A DNA stretch of 43,743 nucleotides. Origin: Spirulina sp. (GTDB taxonomy: Bacteria; Cyanobacteriota; Cyanobacteriia; Phormidesmidales; Phormidesmidaceae). The first letter of the stretch is position 1. The number at the start of each line of letters is the position of its first letter. The position numbers and the translations under genes were made by a program. Positions 39,292-43,743 of the stretch are shown in pieces. The stretch is from assembly GCA_044070495.1 (NCBI GenBank), contig JBIPSI010000039.1:1-43743 (forward strand), in the 5' to 3' direction. The notes under the pieces were generated by a model. The model was given only the letters and a program-made list of their open reading frames with translations. It had not been told where the DNA came from and ran no database searches.

Positions 39292-40617
39292 CTACAGCAG
39301 CATGGCGGATCGTTCGGCCAGATCAGACCGTTCGCCCTTGGTGAGGGTGATGTGTCCGGCGATGGGCTCGTTTTTGAACCGCTCTACCACGTAGGTGAGG
39401 CCGTTGCTGGCGGCATCGACGTAGGGGTTGTCGATCTGGTCGGGATCGCCAGTGAGGACGATTTTAGTGCCCTCTCCGGCGCGGGTGAGGATGGTCTTGA
39501 CTTCGTGGGGGGTGAGGTTTTGGGCTTCATCCACAATCAAAAACTGTTTGGGAATGGATCGGCCCCGGATAAAGGTGAGCGGCTCGATTTGCAGCAGCCC
39601 TTGGCTGATCATTTCCTCGTGGCCGCGCCGCCAGTGTTCGGGCTTGCCCCGGCTGTCTTGGGTGCCAAAGATCAGGTCAAAGTTGTCGTAGAGGGGCTGC
39701 ATCCAGGGGTTGAGTTTTTCGGTGATGTCGCCGGGCAGGTAGCCCAGGTCGCGGCCCATGGGCACGATGGGGCGGGCGATCAGCAGCCGCGAGTAGAGCC
39801 GTTCATCCGCCACCTTTTGCACCCCGGCGGCAATGGCCAGCAGGGTTTTGCCCGTGCCCGCCCGACCCACAAGGGTGACCAGGGAAATAGAATCTTGCAG
39901 CAGCAGCTCGAAGGCAAAGCGCTGTTCTCGGTTGCGGGGCTGCACCCGCGACACGCCGGAATGGGGCAGCTTGGCGAGGGGGATGACCTTGCCGCTGTCT
40001 CCCTGCACGAAGCCAAGGGCGGTGTGGCCCGGATTAAACTCATCCACCAGGGTAACGGCCTGGTTGGGGCAGAGGGACTGATCGAGTTGCAGGTAACCTT
40101 CGCTGAACAGCCGCCCCATGGTCTCTCCAGACACCATCACCTCGGCGGTGCCCATATAAAGGTCGTCGATGTCTACCTTGTCGGTTTCGTAGTCTTCGGC
40201 CACGAGGCCCAGGGCGTCGGCCTTAATACGCAGGTTGGTGTCTTTGCTGACCAGCACCACAGGCAGGTCGCGGTGGTGGCGATACTCCATGGCCACAGCC
40301 AGGATAGCGTTGTCGCCCTTGTCACCCTCCAGTTCGGGGGGCAATTGCCGCAGGGTTTCGCGATGGCATAGGGCAACCTTCAAATGACCGCCATGATCCA
40401 GGGGAATACCCTCTACCAAGGATCCCTGTCGGCGCAGATCATCCAACGTGCGCGACACATGACGGGCGTTGCGGGCGGTGTCTACGGTGCCCTTTTTGAA
40501 GCGATCCAACTCCTCGATGATGGTGATCGGTAAAATGACATCGTTATCCTCAAACCTAAACATTGCCATCGGATCGTGCAGCAATACGTTAGTGTCGAGG
40601 ACAAAGACTTTTTTCAT
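39292..40617 (-). CDS. PIN-PhoH (PhoH2/YlaK-like) protein
   Basis: FVLDTNVLLHDP PIN domain; GRAGTGKT, RGRS, IVDEAQN, GDPDQID. Confidence 0.93.
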   Translation of the reverse strand: MKKVFVLDTNVLLHDPMAMFRFEDNDVILPITIIEELDRFKKGTVDTARNARHVSRTLDDLRRQGSLVEGIPLDHGGHLKVALCHRETLRQLPPELEGDKGDNAILAVAMEYRHHRDLPVVLVSKDTNLRIKADALGLVAEDYETDKVDIDDLYMGTAEVMVSGETMGRLFSEGYLQLDQSLCPNQAVTLVDEFNPGHTALGFVQGDSGKVIPLAKLPHSGVSRVQPRNREQRFAFELLLQDSISLVTLVGRAGTGKTLLAIAAGVQKVADERLYSRLLIARPIVPMGRDLGYLPGDITEKLNPWMQPLYDNFDLIFGTQDSRGKPEHWRRGHEEMISQGLLQIEPLTFIRGRSIPKQFLIVDEAQNLTPHEVKTILTRAGEGTKIVLTGDPDQIDNPYVDAASNGLTYVVERFKNEPIAGHITLTKGERSDLAERSAMLL

Positions 40618-40778
40618 AGGGGAAAGATTACAGTGAGGGGTAAGGAGCCGTAATGGCTAGTCCAGGGCTGTCCTTGGCTAAGGACAACTGTTTAGTCACT
40701 GTAACGGATCTGCCCGCCCCTGCCGATCCCCAGGTTCTTGAATCTTGACAGGATCCGTCGATCATGAAGTCCCTGAAG

Positions 40779-41042
40779 CCCTCCTACCCCAGCCCCTTCT
40801 CCCTGAAGGAGAAGGGGAGCCGGACTCAGAACCCCTCTCCTTCAGGGCTACCGCTTATCCCCATCTTGTTTTTATGCCGCAAGTCCTTGGCGATCCCCCT
40901 AAATCCCCCTTAAAAAGGGGGACTCTGAATCCGGTTCCCCCCTTTCTAAGGGGGGCTAGGGGGATTCGACCCCAGGCATCAAGCGCAATAGAGACTTATG
41001 CATAAGCGGCAGTTCCATCAGGGAGAGGGGCAGGGGTGATGG
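40779..41042. repeat. nested repeat: palindromic repeat interrupted by a MITE-like insert (40848-41012)
   Basis: Insert ends CTACCGCTTAT / ATAAGCGGCAG, flanks TCCTTCAGGG / TCCATCAGGG; internal CCCCCTAAATCCCCCTTAAAAAGGGGGACT unit. Confidence 0.7.
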
Positions 41043-41055
41043 TAACTATCCCCGG

Positions 41056-41934
41056 CTAGGAAGGGGTTTCCAGGGGAAGCTTAGGCTGAAAGAAAGACAC
41101 CCCGGCGGCGGCTATCATCACCAGGCCAATGGCCACCATCATTTGCAGCGTTAGGGTTTCGCCCAGGATGAGAAAGCTAATCATGGAGGCAATGGCGGGC
41201 TCTAGGCTGAGCAGCACCCCAAACACATTCACCGGCAGCCGCCGCAGAGCCGCCATTTCTAAGGAGTAGGGTACCGCCGAGGCCAGTACCGCCACCCCCA
41301 AGCCTAGGGCCAGAATATTGGGAGATAGCATCGTCCAGCCCTCTGAGATTAGCCCCAAGGGCAATAGCGCCAACCCCCCCACCGCCATGGAGAGGGCCAA
41401 GCCATCCCAGCCCCGAAAGGCTTTTCCCATGCGGGCCGACAGCACAATATAGCCGCCCCAGGCCACGCCAGCCAGCAGGGCAAAGGCTACCCCCCAGGGG
41501 TCGAGGTTGTCGGTGTGCAGGGGCGACAACAGCACTACGCCCACGGCAGCTAGGGCCACCCATAGGCCATCGATCCAGCGGCGGGAATGCAGCAGCGCCA
41601 CCAGCAGCGGCCCAGAAAATTCAATGGCTACCGATACCCCCGTGGGAATGCGGGCAATGGAGAGGTAGAACAGGCTGTTCATCATCGCCATGGAGAGGCC
41701 AAAGACGACCAAGAGCCGATAGTCGGAGGGGGAATGCCCCCGCCACCGAGGCCGCTGCCACGCCATTAGCACCACTGCTGCCAGCCCCACCCGCAGGGTA
41801 ACCATACCCAACGGCCCCACTTGGCCAAACAAACTCTTGGCCAGGGTGGCCCCAAACTGAATAGACACCATCGACCCGATCACCAAACATGGGGCGGGCA
41901 CAATCGCGGAGACCGAGGGTAGCCAGCGAGACAT
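41056..41934 (-). CDS. EamA/DMT transporter (RhtA-like)
   Basis: SIQFGA.LAKSLF, FYLSIARIP.GV.VAIEF.GPL, PYSLEM.ALRRLP..FGVLLSLEPA. Confidence 0.9.
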   Translation of the reverse strand: MSRWLPSVSAIVPAPCLVIGSMVSIQFGATLAKSLFGQVGPLGMVTLRVGLAAVVLMAWQRPRWRGHSPSDYRLLVVFGLSMAMMNSLFYLSIARIPTGVSVAIEFSGPLLVALLHSRRWIDGLWVALAAVGVVLLSPLHTDNLDPWGVAFALLAGVAWGGYIVLSARMGKAFRGWDGLALSMAVGGLALLPLGLISEGWTMLSPNILALGLGVAVLASAVPYSLEMAALRRLPVNVFGVLLSLEPAIASMISFLILGETLTLQMMVAIGLVMIAAAGVSFFQPKLPLETPS

Positions 41935-42259
41935 CCAAGTCTCCTAAACGTGGGAAGGGAACAGAAATAAGCTTTAAAAGCATAGCTCCTGACCCAAGGG
42001 CCAGGAGCAGCTTTTATAGAAGGTTCAGCTAGAAGGTGGGGTTCTGTATAGCAGACTGTTTGGGTGGGCTTGCCCGGTTCTTGACTTACCCGCCCCTATC
42101 ATTCCCCAAACCGTTATCAAGATCTGTATTACAACGGAAGAAAATCTAAAATTTCACATTTCTTCGCCCATCCTATGCCTAGCTTTACGAAACCAGGGCC
42201 GTGATTCTACGGAATGGCGATTTTTCCTAGCGTTTGGCCCTCCTCCACAGGTTCAGAAT

Positions 42260-42961
42260 TTAGCCGTCCTCCACGGGGATAACTTTGGCCCGATGGAGCA
42301 GACGATCCCCGTGCCAGTAGCCCAGATGGCGGATTCGTACCGATTGGCCAGGTTGTACAGAACGCTCTGATTGATGCAGTTGCGGATCGTAGGACACCAC
42401 TTCCCCCACGCTGCCAATGGGTCGCACCGCCCAGGTTTGCAGCAATTCTTGCAGAGGACGGGTGAGGGGAATGATCTTGCTGGCGGGTAAATCGGGTTTA
42501 TCTTGAGCCGCCTGGGCCGCATTGGGCCACATCAGCAGCCAGGATTCGATCACGGTGAGGGCTTCCCGCTGCACCTGCTGCCGCAGGGCTTGGTCTTGAC
42601 GGGTCACTTGCTGCTGAAGCCGATCATACTCTTGGCGCAGGGCGGCGATGGTCGCGGCAGTGTCGGTGATTGGGGGGGATTCTGAAGGGACGGTGGACGG
42701 TGATTCTGGATTTGCCTTGGCATCGTCAAACTGAGCGATCAGATCCGCCACAGACACCCCCACGGTTTGGCTCAGCCGTTGCAGCGTCTCCAGGCGCATC
42801 GCCCCAATCTGACCTCGCCGCAGTTGATTGAGGCTAGAACGCGATACCCCAGACCGTTGGCTTAGGGCGCGATAGCTGGGGATTTGGGCCTGGGCCATCA
42901 GCCGCCGCAGCGGTTCATTGTAGGGGAAGGGCTGGGGTGTTGGAACCGAGGAAGAAGTCAT
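42260..42961 (-). CDS. XRE-type HTH protein with coiled coil and GrpE-like C-terminal domain
   Basis: SYRALSQRSGVSRSSLNQLRRG HTH; IG.VGE.V.YDPQLHQ....PGQ.VRI...GY....LL.RAKV. Confidence 0.8.
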   Translation of the reverse strand: MTSSSVPTPQPFPYNEPLRRLMAQAQIPSYRALSQRSGVSRSSLNQLRRGQIGAMRLETLQRLSQTVGVSVADLIAQFDDAKANPESPSTVPSESPPITDTAATIAALRQEYDRLQQQVTRQDQALRQQVQREALTVIESWLLMWPNAAQAAQDKPDLPASKIIPLTRPLQELLQTWAVRPIGSVGEVVSYDPQLHQSERSVQPGQSVRIRHLGYWHGDRLLHRAKVIPVEDG

Positions 42962-43116
42962 GATCAAAAGGGAAAATCATGCTTAGAGGACGTTTGAAAA
43001 GCCGAAGCTTGTCCCAAGTTATACCGATGAGGTCAGCCTCAGTCGTCAAAAATCCCGTAGATTTGCACCGATCTAGCGCCCAATCGCACCTGAGGCAACC
43101 CTTTTCAAACGCCCTC

Positions 43117-43494
43117 TTAGTCAATGCGCTGGAAGCGACGGCCAAAGGGAAACAGCGCCATCACAATCAGTTTGACATGCTGCTTGGCAAAGGGTAAGCC
43201 AATGATAGTAATGGCCAGAATCGCAGCGTGAACCAGATGCATGACGGCAATTTCCCAGCCCACAAAGATCATCCACAACACGTTGAAGATAATTTTGAGG
43301 ATGCTGTTGGGGTTTTCGTCCTCCACAATTTGGCGGCCAAAGGGGGTCATGGTGGCGGTGCCCAGCTTAATCGCTTGCAGACCAAAGGGAATGCCAATGA
43401 TGGTGAGGCAGAGCAGCAACCCGCCCAGAATGTAGCCCAGCCCCGCTAGGAAGCCTCCAAAAATTAACCAGATAATATTGCCCAGTAAGCTCAT
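43117..43494 (-). CDS. YccF-domain inner membrane protein
   Basis: LGNIIWLIFGG...TIIGIPFG..K...PFG repeated twice. Confidence 0.92.
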   Translation of the reverse strand: MSLLGNIIWLIFGGFLAGLGYILGGLLLCLTIIGIPFGLQAIKLGTATMTPFGRQIVEDENPNSILKIIFNVLWMIFVGWEIAVMHLVHAAILAITIIGLPFAKQHVKLIVMALFPFGRRFQRID

Positions 43495-43743
43495 GGTGGG
43501 TGGCTCCTAACGACGGAATGACAGGCCGCAATCGCCTACAGGATACCTAACCGAGCGGCAAATGGGGAGGACGTTCGCCCACCGATCTGCCCACTGATCT
43601 ATCCTCAGTAGATCACAAAGCATCGAGACAGGGGCTGAATCCGTAGAAAAGGGGTAGGGTCAGGCTAGACGAATTGGATGAAAAGCCATGACAACCTGCC
43701 CTTCTTCAGTATCTCCTACGCCAGCGTTGACCGACGAGGCGAC

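Noticed and set aside
39352..40371. 339-aa plus-strand ORF
   Set aside because: Fully antisense to the well-supported PIN-PhoH gene
1..43743. tRNA, rRNA or other known structured RNA genes
   Set aside because: None recognised by eye; a tRNAscan/Rfam run would be needed to exclude them

Overview
Cyanobacterial chromosomal window (apcD, GUN4 domain, cyanobacterial dispersed repeats). Bases ~1-8960 form an accessory, mostly lower-GC region that reads as an integron-type gene-cassette array. It has four intact 86-89 bp attC-like sites and one degenerate site, and each cassette's first heptamer is the exact reverse complement of the heptamer opening its closing attC. No integrase lies in the window. 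The cassettes carry (A) a P-loop ATPase with a C-terminal Zn ribbon, (B) an EACC1-like protein, a caspase-GUN4 fusion and an AbrB/VapC toxin-antitoxin pair, and (C) a four-gene operon of unknown proteins that all appear to share a helix + beta-hairpin (Trypco2-like) module. Cassette C is the best candidate for an undescribed system. Next come a RelE-type TA pair beside a duplicated, internally deleted ABC-gene 3' end, a heterodimeric ABC exporter and a broken second TA. The rest is ordinary core genome: recQ, RNase D, MFS, ABC1 kinase, murT/gatD, RTX protein, CmpX-like channel protein, agmatinase, GNAT, apcD, PIN-PhoH, EamA and YccF, with several MITE/REP-like repeats. All family calls come from motif recognition by eye, with no database search.
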